A stretch of DNA of 35,900 bases from a bacterium (GTDB lineage Bacteria; UBP13; UBA5359): contig JAQVUQ010000001.1 in NCBI GenBank assembly GCA_028699365.1, positions 2,782 through 38,681 of the forward strand, read 5' to 3'. The notes under the pieces were generated by a model. It saw only the letters and a list, made by a program, of their open reading frames with translations. It made no database searches and was not told where the DNA came from. A program made the translations under genes and the position numbers. Below, piece by piece: positions 17,002-26,503 of this stretch. How positions within the stretch are numbered: position 1 is the first letter of the stretch; every line of letters starts with the position of its first letter.

Positions 17002-18780
17002 TCATATTTTTCTATCTTTTTCCTGCACCGATACACCAGCATGCTTTGCCAGCAGTGCCAGCAAAAGAAAATGCGGTATAGAGAGAATACGTCCGATTCT
17101 CTTAGGTTCCCGTGCAACGCGATAGACCCATTCGAGACCGCAACGCTGCATCCATACCGGCGCTCTCTTCAGACGTCCGGATATAACATCGAAACTCCCC
17201 CCTACGCCCATACATACGGGAACGCCGAGAACGTTCTTATAACGATCAATCCACTTCTCCTGCCTCGGGATACCAAAGGCGACAAAAAGAATATCCGGAG
17301 AAGCCTTTACAATATCATCGATTACGACGTCTTCCTCATCCTTATCATAGTATCCGTCTCTGACGCCGGCCACCGTCAGTCCGGGATACCGGGCTCGCAG
17401 CTTATCGGCCGCATCAAGAGCCACACCCGGTTTCGAACCCAGCATATATACGGAATACCCCTTACCGGCCGCCATGGCGCAAATAGCGTTAAGGAGGTCG
17501 ATCCCGGCTACCCTGTCCTGAAGAGGATGCTGCAGCAGCCGCGATGCCAGTAAAACTCCCGCCCCATCAGGCGTCACCAGGTCGGCACGATTGATTATAT
17601 CCTTCAATTGTTCATCATCCCGGGCCTGCATAATGGCCGGGGCGTTAGGGGTAATCACGACATGCGGCCGTTTTGTCTTGATGAAATCTTCAACCTGGTG
17701 GAGGGCCTCATCCATGTTCACATGGCTTACCTTGACATCCATTATCTCTATAGTATCCATACCGGTCATGCGCTTTACGACACGACGAGGCGCCAGAAGA
17801 AGTACCAGAACAAAGAGCAGATAGCCGATACTTATGCCGCAAACAAGAAACAGAATTTTCACCCACAACAACCATGTCACGTTGGCAACTACTACAAGCG
17901 CCAGAACGCAAAGATAAGCAGTAGCGATGGTCCTCAGGCGGATAACAGCCCTCTCCGATATGCCCAAATCGATCATCAGACGATAAAGGTAGGCAGATGG
18001 TGCGCCGATACTGATAGATGACGTTTCCCGCTTTATGGTAAATGCGAAAGGATAAGCACTGTTTATCAGGGGAATACCCATCACCATAACAGGCAACAGA
18101 AACACCAGCGAAGCGGTATACTTCAGCGCGCCGATGATAGCAATACTCCCCAGCAGATAGCCGGGCAGAAGGCTTCCTTTTGGTGACAGGACCTGATCTT
18201 TTCCACCCCATCCCAGAAGAATCCCCAAAGAGCATCCGGCCAGGGATAACGACATTGCCACAGTATAGAACGTTTCCTGGCGTTGTATGCAGGCGGCCGC
18301 GGCAAAAGTCAGAGCGGATATCGCCGTCAGTCGCAAGGAAAGGCCCGGCAATTTATCGGTGCTCTCATACAGTCTTGACGATAGAAGCAGCCAGAGAACC
18401 GTTATCGGCAGAGCGTACCAACCCAAGCTTATACCGGCCCCGGCTGCACTCGAATATACGTTATCAATCCTGATGCCGTAACGAAAGGCTATCAATGCCA
18501 TGAGTATCACGACAACTGACGCATAAAGATGATTTACTCGTCCCGGTTTAAGCAAGTATCCCAGAGCAGCTATTGCTCCGGAACTGATAAGCAGTCCGGT
18601 AAGACGATCACCGGCTCCCCCGCTGCCGTCCAGAAGCAGTGTCAGGGCAAACGCCAGAAAGAGGACAATTTCCCCGGGCAAGCGAACCTTCCCGTTGCGT
18701 ACTGCCGCAAATCTTGTCAGCAGAAATGAGAACGCCACTCCCGCCAGAATATAAACCGCACCTCTCCAAAAATCGGACAC
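17002..18780 (-). CDS. Fusion: polytopic WecA/MraY-like (apparently degenerate) membrane domain plus WecB/TagA/CpsF (GT26) glycosyltransferase domain
   Basis: 592 aa. The C-terminal ~250 aa has VVITPNAPAIMQA..ADLVTPDGAGVLLASRLL..GYSVYMLGSKPGV..PDILFVAFGIPRQEKW..GVGGSFDVISG..RAPVWMQRCGLEWVYR, the GT26 signature. The N-terminal ~330 aa has about 9-10 helices. GTG start at 18780. Confidence 0.85.
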   Translation of the reverse strand: MSDFWRGAVYILAGVAFSFLLTRFAAVRNGKVRLPGEIVLFLAFALTLLLDGSGGAGDRLTGLLISSGAIAALGYLLKPGRVNHLYASVVVILMALIAFRYGIRIDNVYSSAAGAGISLGWYALPITVLWLLLSSRLYESTDKLPGLSLRLTAISALTFAAAACIQRQETFYTVAMSLSLAGCSLGILLGWGGKDQVLSPKGSLLPGYLLGSIAIIGALKYTASLVFLLPVMVMGIPLINSAYPFAFTIKRETSSISIGAPSAYLYRLMIDLGISERAVIRLRTIATAYLCVLALVVVANVTWLLWVKILFLVCGISIGYLLFVLVLLLAPRRVVKRMTGMDTIEIMDVKVSHVNMDEALHQVEDFIKTKRPHVVITPNAPAIMQARDDEQLKDIINRADLVTPDGAGVLLASRLLQHPLQDRVAGIDLLNAICAMAAGKGYSVYMLGSKPGVALDAADKLRARYPGLTVAGVRDGYYDKDEEDVVIDDIVKASPDILFVAFGIPRQEKWIDRYKNVLGVPVCMGVGGSFDVISGRLKRAPVWMQRCGLEWVYRVAREPKRIGRILSIPHFLLLALLAKHAGVSVQEKDRKI

Positions 18781-18782
18781 AC

Positions 18783-19715
18783 TTACCCCCCGTTAAGCTG
18801 CATGATGACGATCGATAAAGTCGACCATATTGCAAAATTGATTATCATCGATTTATCCCGGAACATCTGTTCCGGAGTGCCGCCGATGTCTTCATTATGC
18901 ATCAGGTAAAGATATCTGAAAAGGCCGTAAATAACCGACGGAATGGTCAGCATCAGCATAGGACTGTGTCCGGCATAGAAGGTATAAAGTGAATATGCCA
19001 TGATTACGGTAGACATGGTAACGGATATCAGTTGATCCAGCATTTCTATGCTGTACATGCCCAGAACGGCCCTGTGCACGGCGGCGGAACCATCACCCAG
19101 GAGAAGAAGTTCATGCCGCCTCTTGCAAAGAGCCAGAAACAAAGCCAGCAAGAGAGAGCAGATAACAATCCAGGGGGAGATGCCGGGTCCGATTACCACA
19201 CACCCGGCTATGACCCGCAGAACAAACCCACCTGCTATTGCCAGGACATCAACAAAGAGTACCTTCTTTAATGCTACGGAATACAACACGGTCAACAGAT
19301 AATAGCACGCCGCTGCCAAGGCAAAATGTAAACCCAATGAGAATACCAACGTGAGGATGCCGGCAAAGACGACCAGCATCGCTGCGGCCGTATATGCCGT
19401 TGCCGGATTCATTCGGCCGGATGCCAGTGGCCTGCTGGATTTCCGGGGGTGATTCCGGTCATTTTCCAGATCTATTATATCGTTAACGATATATGCTGAC
19501 GCTGACAGCATACAGAAGACACAGATCGCCAGCAGAACCACCGACAACATGTGCAGGTTCGTAAAGTTGCCCGTGAATATGAGCCCGGCCGCAAGAAAGA
19601 TATTCTTGACCCACTGGTGCGGTCTCATCTCCAGCAATAAATCTCTCAGTCTGACGTTAAATGCAGTCTGACGGCTGGAGTACGGTATCGATTGCTTCTC
19701 TAAGGTTGCCATCAT
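18783..19715 (-). CDS. UbiA-family prenyltransferase, decaprenyl-phosphate phosphoribosyltransferase-like (Rv3806c type)
   Basis: 310 aa. MRPHQWVKNIFL..NDIIDLENDRNHPRKSSRPLASG is the motif of the DPPR-synthase branch of UbiA enzymes. The longest ORF overlaps the aroK/B 3' end by 59 nt, so the exact start is uncertain. Confidence 0.8.
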   Translation of the reverse strand: MMATLEKQSIPYSSRQTAFNVRLRDLLLEMRPHQWVKNIFLAAGLIFTGNFTNLHMLSVVLLAICVFCMLSASAYIVNDIIDLENDRNHPRKSSRPLASGRMNPATAYTAAAMLVVFAGILTLVFSLGLHFALAAACYYLLTVLYSVALKKVLFVDVLAIAGGFVLRVIAGCVVIGPGISPWIVICSLLLALFLALCKRRHELLLLGDGSAAVHRAVLGMYSIEMLDQLISVTMSTVIMAYSLYTFYAGHSPMLMLTIPSVIYGLFRYLYLMHNEDIGGTPEQMFRDKSMIINFAIWSTLSIVIMQLNGG

Positions 19716-21264
19716 TCACCCGTTTTACAATGCTGACTTTTCCAATCTTTTCGGCCAGAACGAAGCTCGGGACGGAATCCACGCATTTCTTATCCCTGGA
19801 GAGCGCCGCCAATACATCGTCATATCCGCCAAATGCATACTTCAGCGGTAATCCCAGTCTATCGATTAATCCGTTTTGCCTCAGTTCGTCTTCATACGAG
19901 AGGAATCCCTCCAGTACGGATAACCTTGCAGCGGCCACCATACCTACGGCAACTGCCTCTCCATGAACTATGGAACCGTAGCCGCCGATATACTCAAGCG
20001 TATGTCCAATAGTATGCCCGTAATTGAGAATCGCTCTTCGACCCGCTTCATATTCGTCTTCAGACACAACAGATGCTTTTATCGAACAGGACTTGTGGAT
20101 AATCTCAGCAATCTTGTCAGGCTTTAAGGCGAGTATCTGCGAAGACGAGCACTCTAAGAAATCGAAGAAGCGAGTGTCATAAATGATACCATATTTGATC
20201 ACCTCTGCCAAACCGGCCCGGATTTCCCGCATCGGCAGGGTCCTGAGAAAACCGGTTTCGGCGATTACCAGGCGAGGCTGATAAAAGGCACCAATCAAAT
20301 TCTTTGCCAGAGGATGATTAACAGCCACTTTACCGCCTACACTGCTGTCCACCTGTGCCAGAAGAGTAGTAGGCGCCTGGAAGAACGCTATCCCTCTCAT
20401 ATATGTCGAAGCAACAAACCCCGCCAGATCACCGATCACACCACCACCCAGTGCCAGCACACCGGATGATCTGTCGAAACCGTGTTTCAACAGTATATCG
20501 TATACTCGTTCCGCTTCAGCCAGAGTCTTTGTGGCCTCTCCGGAGTTCAAGACGATACTGTATACGGAAAAAGAACGTTTTAAATCATCGGCAATCCTTT
20601 TCAGGTAAAGCGGTGCGACGTTATGATCGGTAATAATTGCCAGTTTACCCTTGAACCCTGTAGCCGAAATCCGCTTATTCCAGTCGTCAAACCTGTCGGC
20701 AATGATAATATCATACGACCGTTCCTGCAAATCCACGGTAACGGTCGATGCGCAATCCACTGACGACGGCCTGAATCTTCCGGCTATATCTTCAGCAGTC
20801 TCCAAGACAGAGAGGCTATCCGTCTCGATGCAGATATCAGCCTTACTATAGCCGGCTTCTCTTTCGGCCATAAAAGATGCCAGCAAACTCATATCACTGC
20901 CGATCTTATCAAACAAGGGACGACCGGATGTACCTGCCAGCCTCGATGCCACAGCTTGCGGGGATACCCGCAGATGCACCAGGAGCCCCTTTTCCTTGAG
21001 AATGCGGATATTCTCCTCTTTGACAAGCGTGCCACCTCCGACGGCAATTACCTTTCCTTCGCCCTTTATGCTCGATATTACATCGCTCTCAAGCGCCCTG
21101 AAACAAACTTCGCCGTCATCATGGAAGAGCCTTTCGATGGATTTACCTGATCGTGCAGCCACCAGTTTATCGGTATCAAGGAATTCCATTCCCATGATGC
21201 GCGCCAGAATTCGTCCCACGCTGCTTTTGCCGCTTCCCATAAACCCCGCAAGTATAATATTCAT
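19657..21264 (-). CDS. aroKB: Bifunctional shikimate kinase / 3-dehydroquinate synthase (AroK-AroB fusion)
   Basis: 535 aa. The N-terminal MNIILAGFMGSGKSSVGR is the AroK P-loop. The remainder has GGGVIGDLAGFVASTYMRGIAFFQAPTTLLAQVDSSVGGKVAVN and NYGHTIGH, which are AroB motifs. Confidence 0.92.
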   Translation of the reverse strand: MNIILAGFMGSGKSSVGRILARIMGMEFLDTDKLVAARSGKSIERLFHDDGEVCFRALESDVISSIKGEGKVIAVGGGTLVKEENIRILKEKGLLVHLRVSPQAVASRLAGTSGRPLFDKIGSDMSLLASFMAEREAGYSKADICIETDSLSVLETAEDIAGRFRPSSVDCASTVTVDLQERSYDIIIADRFDDWNKRISATGFKGKLAIITDHNVAPLYLKRIADDLKRSFSVYSIVLNSGEATKTLAEAERVYDILLKHGFDRSSGVLALGGGVIGDLAGFVASTYMRGIAFFQAPTTLLAQVDSSVGGKVAVNHPLAKNLIGAFYQPRLVIAETGFLRTLPMREIRAGLAEVIKYGIIYDTRFFDFLECSSSQILALKPDKIAEIIHKSCSIKASVVSEDEYEAGRRAILNYGHTIGHTLEYIGGYGSIVHGEAVAVGMVAAARLSVLEGFLSYEDELRQNGLIDRLGLPLKYAFGGYDDVLAALSRDKKCVDSVPSFVLAEKIGKVSIVKRVNDGNLREAIDTVLQPSDCI

Positions 21265-21279
21265 CTATACACGCACCCG

Positions 21280-22452
21280 CTATCTACCGGAGATCAGTTT
21301 TTTATATGCATTATAGTTCTCTTGAAGCTCTGCCATGGAATCCCCGCCGTGTTTCTCCAGCAGCGCCCTGGCAATAACAAGACAAACCTCGGCCTCAGCT
21401 ACTACCGATGCGGCAGGAACCGCGCACACATCCGATCTCTCCGCATGTGCACTGACCGCTGACTTATCCATCATATCAACGCTATCCAACGGCTTCATCA
21501 AAGTGGGAATAGGCTTCATCGCCGCACGAACGACTATCTCTTCACCGTTGGACATGCCGCCTTCGATGCCGCCTGCATTGTTGCCGATATGCCGGTAAGT
21601 GTTACTCACAGCATCGTAACAGATAGGATCATGTACCTTGCTGCCGGGCCTGGATGCAACACCAAAGCCCAGTCCAACCTCTACGCCTTTTACAGCCGGT
21701 ATTCCCATGACAGCCTGAGCAAGCTGTCCATCAAGCCGTCTGTCTGCTTGAACATGGCTTCCGATACCCGGATGCAAACCCCGAATACGCACTTCAAAGA
21801 CACCGCCCAGCGTATCACCGTCATGCCTGGCCCTGTCAATCTCTTCAATCATAGCCGCTTCAGCTTCAGCATCCGCACAATAGAGACGAGAATTGCTTAC
21901 AGCCCCCTCACACTGCCACGGATCGATCTTATCCTTAATACTGATACCGCCGATGGAAACGATGTGTGCCATAGCCGTTATCTGCAGTTCCTGCATCATC
22001 CTTCCCGCCACCGATCCCAGAGCTACCGTAGCGGCCGTACCCCTTGCGCTGGATCTCTCCAGTATGTTTCTAATATCGGTTTGGTTGTATTTCAGGCTGC
22101 CAGGCAGATCGGCATGACCGGGACGAGGCCTGGATATGGAAGCATCGTCTGCAGGACCGTCTGAACCGGATAAAGGGAAAGGAGCCATCTTTTCCTTCCA
22201 ATTCTTCCAATCCAGATTACGGATCATCAGTGCTATCGGTGAACCCAGCGTCATGCCGTGCCGCACCCCGGATAGAATATTCACCCTGTCTCTTTCAATA
22301 GACATCCGGGCGCCTCTACCGTAACCGCCCTGACGCTTTGCCAGATATTTATCGATGTGATCGGCCTCCAGATAAAGGCCGGAAGGCATGCCCTCAATTA
22401 TTCCCAACAGTGCCTCACCATGCGATTCTCCGGCAGTCAACCAGCGCAACAT
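21280..22452 (-). CDS. aroC: Chorismate synthase
   Basis: 390 aa with LRWLTAGESHGEAL, RPGHADL, SSARGTAA and GGMSNGE motifs. Confidence 0.94.
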   Translation of the reverse strand: MLRWLTAGESHGEALLGIIEGMPSGLYLEADHIDKYLAKRQGGYGRGARMSIERDRVNILSGVRHGMTLGSPIALMIRNLDWKNWKEKMAPFPLSGSDGPADDASISRPRPGHADLPGSLKYNQTDIRNILERSSARGTAATVALGSVAGRMMQELQITAMAHIVSIGGISIKDKIDPWQCEGAVSNSRLYCADAEAEAAMIEEIDRARHDGDTLGGVFEVRIRGLHPGIGSHVQADRRLDGQLAQAVMGIPAVKGVEVGLGFGVASRPGSKVHDPICYDAVSNTYRHIGNNAGGIEGGMSNGEEIVVRAAMKPIPTLMKPLDSVDMMDKSAVSAHAERSDVCAVPAASVVAEAEVCLVIARALLEKHGGDSMAELQENYNAYKKLISGR

Positions 22453-22466
22453 AGCGCTTCCCCCTT

Positions 22467-22498
22467 AAAAAAACAATGACACCCTAGGGTGCCATTGT
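22467..22498 (-). terminator. Rho-independent terminator after pilQ
   Basis: The minus strand reads ACAATGGCACCC-TA-GGGTGTCATTGT followed by TTTTTTT. This is a 12-bp stem with one G-U pair on the minus-strand RNA; the same position is an A-C mismatch on the plus strand, which supports minus-strand function. It lies 24 nt after the pilQ stop. Confidence 0.8.
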
Positions 22499-22521
22499 TT
22501 TCATTTCATCCTTATCGTAGT

Positions 22522-24039
22522 TTAATACGGCAGTATATGCGGCGTCAAGAATATGACCAACTCGGATGAGACGTCACTCTTATTTTTGTTTTTAAAGAGG
22601 TTACCAATTAATGGCAGATCACCCAATATCGGTATCTTATATGATGAGTCATTCTGGGTCTTCTGTGCCAGACCGCCGATGACTATCGTTTCACCGTCGC
22701 GCACGCGAATCGTGGTTAATGCCGTCCTCCTGGCCATATTGGGCGGAGCATCAGCCGTTGCCTGGCTGGTAAGGGTACTAACCTCAGGCATAATCATGGT
22801 AGTTACCATACCGTTGGGATGCACCTGGGGTATTACCGTCAAGGCAATACCCACCTGAGCGGTCTCCCATATCGTTTCCGTTATAGTCCTGTACGACGTA
22901 GACGTTCCGGTAGTTGTCGGTTCTTCCCTAACCCGGGTTATCTTGTAATTATAATCTTCAGCCAGCAAGATACGGGCAGCCTGGTTATTGATAGCGGCAA
23001 TCTTGGGACTGGTAAGTATCTTGGCCTTGTTTTCACTGACCAGTGCTTCGAGTGCAGCCGTGAAAACGTTAGGCAGTACGGTACCGTATTTAATGCCTCC
23101 GCCGGTATTTACATCTATGCTCTCGGTTCCGTCAATACTGGTTGTAACCGGCGTGTTAAGATCGACTCCCAGCTTTCCATTGGCCAACTGCCAGGAAACA
23201 TTGAAGCGGTTGGAAACACCGTTCTGCATATCCACGAACTGCGCCTCTATCAACACTTCAGGAGGCGCTACATCAATCGCTGCCAATATTTTTTTAACTT
23301 GTGCCCGCTTCTCGGGCTTTCCCATTATAATAACGGAATTCAGCGGCGAATACGCCCTAATCTGTATCTGATCAAGAATGGTTGCTAACGCAGCTCCTCC
23401 CGCAGCGCCGCCGGTAGCGGTCCCGCCGGCCATATAACCTGTTGTTCCGATAGTTGTCCCGGTAGTCGTTCCGGTTGTCGTTCCGGTTGTCGTCGTTCCG
23501 GTTGTTGAAGTAGCTCCGAAAAGGCCAATTCCAGTTGTGCTGGTAGAGGAACTTCCTGAAGTGCCGGTGCGTGTCCCGCCATAAGATGTAACGCCCGTGG
23601 TAAAAGCAGAGTAGCCGTAAAGGCTGGAGGCGGCAGAAGGCACAAAAAATCCCAGGAAGTTTCCTACGTCCTCCATGCGGGCGTATTTCAGCCGGTAGAA
23701 CTCGATATCGCCTGCAGGCTGTAATTCATATACGACATAGGGGTTTTCACGCTTCTCCCAAGTCAATGTGGGTAGAGATTTGACGATTAGGTCGAGCACA
23801 TCTTCCAGCAGCATATCGTTCACCGAAAGTGTAACCTTTCCTTCGACACCATCGGCTATGACAATATTGGCGCCACTGCTGGTAGCCAGCAATCTGACCA
23901 CCTCTTCGACCTTCAATCCCTTCACGTCGAGGGATACCGTACTCTGCTCATCTGCAGCCGCCAGTTGAAAGGATAGCAAAACAATCACCGTTATCAGCAG
24001 CAGACCCCGACAAAGGATCCTTTTCAGCGTCATCATCAA
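22522..24039 (-). CDS. pilQ: Type IV pilus secretin PilQ
   Basis: 505 aa with a signal-like N-terminus and an N0-like VSLDVKGLKVEEVVRLLATSSGANIVI. The C-terminal secretin core is RVRDGETIVIGGL..YKIPILGDLPLIGNLFKNK..ELVIFLTPHIL. It contains a T/G/S-rich tract. Confidence 0.9.
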   Translation of the reverse strand: MMMTLKRILCRGLLLITVIVLLSFQLAAADEQSTVSLDVKGLKVEEVVRLLATSSGANIVIADGVEGKVTLSVNDMLLEDVLDLIVKSLPTLTWEKRENPYVVYELQPAGDIEFYRLKYARMEDVGNFLGFFVPSAASSLYGYSAFTTGVTSYGGTRTGTSGSSSTSTTGIGLFGATSTTGTTTTGTTTGTTTGTTIGTTGYMAGGTATGGAAGGAALATILDQIQIRAYSPLNSVIIMGKPEKRAQVKKILAAIDVAPPEVLIEAQFVDMQNGVSNRFNVSWQLANGKLGVDLNTPVTTSIDGTESIDVNTGGGIKYGTVLPNVFTAALEALVSENKAKILTSPKIAAINNQAARILLAEDYNYKITRVREEPTTTGTSTSYRTITETIWETAQVGIALTVIPQVHPNGMVTTMIMPEVSTLTSQATADAPPNMARRTALTTIRVRDGETIVIGGLAQKTQNDSSYKIPILGDLPLIGNLFKNKNKSDVSSELVIFLTPHILPY

Positions 24040-24076
24040 ATCTCCCCCTAGTTAGCTTTTAAGCCTATTTACGACG

Positions 24077-24994
<918 letters not shown>

Positions 24995-25042
24995 TAATCT
25001 TCACCAGCAACATCTGCTTTATATATAGTCGTTATCATCCGG

Positions 25043-25762
25043 CTACGAACCCGATTTCTTGATCTGATACATCGTCAACGGTATAGTTATGTTCAACGCG
25101 TAATTAGGTCCGGCGCTAACACTTCCAGTAGTTGAATTAGTTCCACCCTGAGCGGCAGTGCCCAGCGAAGATGCTATGGATACTTTATCGACTGACAATA
25201 AAATAGGGAATTTATTGAGATATGAGATATAGCCTCTTAATGCCTCGAAGTTCCGGGCACTTATCGTTAACGGCAAAGGCGTTGGAGCCCAATCGTAACT
25301 GCCACTGCCGGCTGTCGGAGCTGCGGCAGCCGGAGCCGCGGCAGTTCCGCCACCGGAAGCACTTCCGCTTCCCAGGGCAAAAGTTATCCCGTTCTTTGTA
25401 TAGCTTAACCCATTTACATCCACACCGGAATACCCACCCAGATAATCGACCATAATCCTGAAAAATTCAGACGTCTGTAGAATAGTCAAAGGAATGACTT
25501 TACTGGCATCCAGTTCCTTATCTACCATTGCCGTTACCTGATTCATAAGCATGGTCTGCTTAACCTGCAGTTCAGGCAAGCGCTTAATGGTGCTCTTGGC
25601 TGACATGATTTTTGTTTCCTGAGAATCAGCCTCAGTATTGATTGTCGCTACCTCTTCAAGCTTAGGCTTGCACACACCAAGGAAGAAACCTACGCTGGCA
25701 ACAATAAACAGCCCGATGATAACAGCAAACACGTGCAACAGAGATATCTTTTCAAACTTCAT
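25043..25762 (-). CDS. pilO: PilO-like pilus assembly protein
   Basis: 239 aa with a single N-terminal TM helix followed by a coiled-coil-like segment. It sits between pilN and the pilP-like gene. The start overlaps the pilN stop (TAATG). The call rests mainly on context. Confidence 0.6.
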   Translation of the reverse strand: MKFEKISLLHVFAVIIGLFIVASVGFFLGVCKPKLEEVATINTEADSQETKIMSAKSTIKRLPELQVKQTMLMNQVTAMVDKELDASKVIPLTILQTSEFFRIMVDYLGGYSGVDVNGLSYTKNGITFALGSGSASGGGTAAAPAAAAPTAGSGSYDWAPTPLPLTISARNFEALRGYISYLNKFPILLSVDKVSIASSLGTAAQGGTNSTTGSVSAGPNYALNITIPLTMYQIKKSGS

Positions 25763-26484
25763 TATTCCATGCCTCCGCTATCCGCACCGCCGCCGCCCGG
25801 AATGCCGTCACCGGAATCTCCGGGTGGGGGTCCGGCTTCCATCCCCGGTTCAGGCGCCGGAGGGGCTGCCTGCGGCAAGCCTACCGGTTCAACAAGTTTG
25901 AATGTCACCTTGAACTGCAGCATACCAGGAGCGGCGGAAGCCTCTCCTCCCGCACCTTGTGCGGACGAACCGGCAAGATTGCCTTGATTCTTAGGCACTG
26001 TAAAAGACGTCGTATCGATAGTAACGTCCTTGAAATCCTTGCAATTCATAAAACTAAGATTGCATGTGGCAATCGATTTTGCCCCGCCCAGGGTACTGCA
26101 ACTAAGGACGATACCATCCGGCGGCGCTATATCTACGGCAGTTACCCAGACATCCTTGGGCGTATACATACGTACAAGGTCAAGGACCGTTATCCATCGG
26201 TTATTGGTTTCCACAACTTTAGATTTAAAGTTCAGTTTCTCCTCAAGATTACTGATGGCGCTCTGCAAAGTGGATACCTGCGATAATTGAGCGGAATACT
26301 GCTGCAACTCCGCCTTCTTATCGTCAAGATGCCTTTTGGCCAAGGCGACCCTGCCGCTGAGCAGAATAAAAACGCATACCAGCAAACCGGCGTACATCGC
26401 GCTCATGGTACCGAACATTATTGCTATCTGACGTATCTTCCGCCGCCTTGCTATCTCCGGCGGCAGAAGGTTGATCTTGATCAA
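25762..26484 (-). CDS. pilN: PilN pilus assembly protein
   Basis: 240 aa. It has MIKINLLPPEIARRRK, then a TM helix and a coiled coil, which is the canonical PilN N-terminus. The C-terminus is a G/P-rich tail. Confidence 0.8.
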   Translation of the reverse strand: MIKINLLPPEIARRRKIRQIAIMFGTMSAMYAGLLVCVFILLSGRVALAKRHLDDKKAELQQYSAQLSQVSTLQSAISNLEEKLNFKSKVVETNNRWITVLDLVRMYTPKDVWVTAVDIAPPDGIVLSCSTLGGAKSIATCNLSFMNCKDFKDVTIDTTSFTVPKNQGNLAGSSAQGAGGEASAAPGMLQFKVTFKLVEPVGLPQAAPPAPEPGMEAGPPPGDSGDGIPGGGGADSGGME

Positions 26485-26503
26485 TTACAACCCCCACCTA
26501 ACG

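Noticed and set aside
17708-18235. Minus-strand 175-aa alternative-frame ORF inside the WecA-like::TagA gene
   Set aside because: It lies on the same strand in a different frame, is Cys/Arg/Ser-rich, and has no SD. The main frame encodes coherent transmembrane helices.
21589-23388. Plus-strand ORFs of about 190 aa (21589..22164 and 22819..23388) antisense to aroC and pilQ
   Set aside because: They are shadow ORFs opposite strongly supported genes, with low-complexity composition and no start context.
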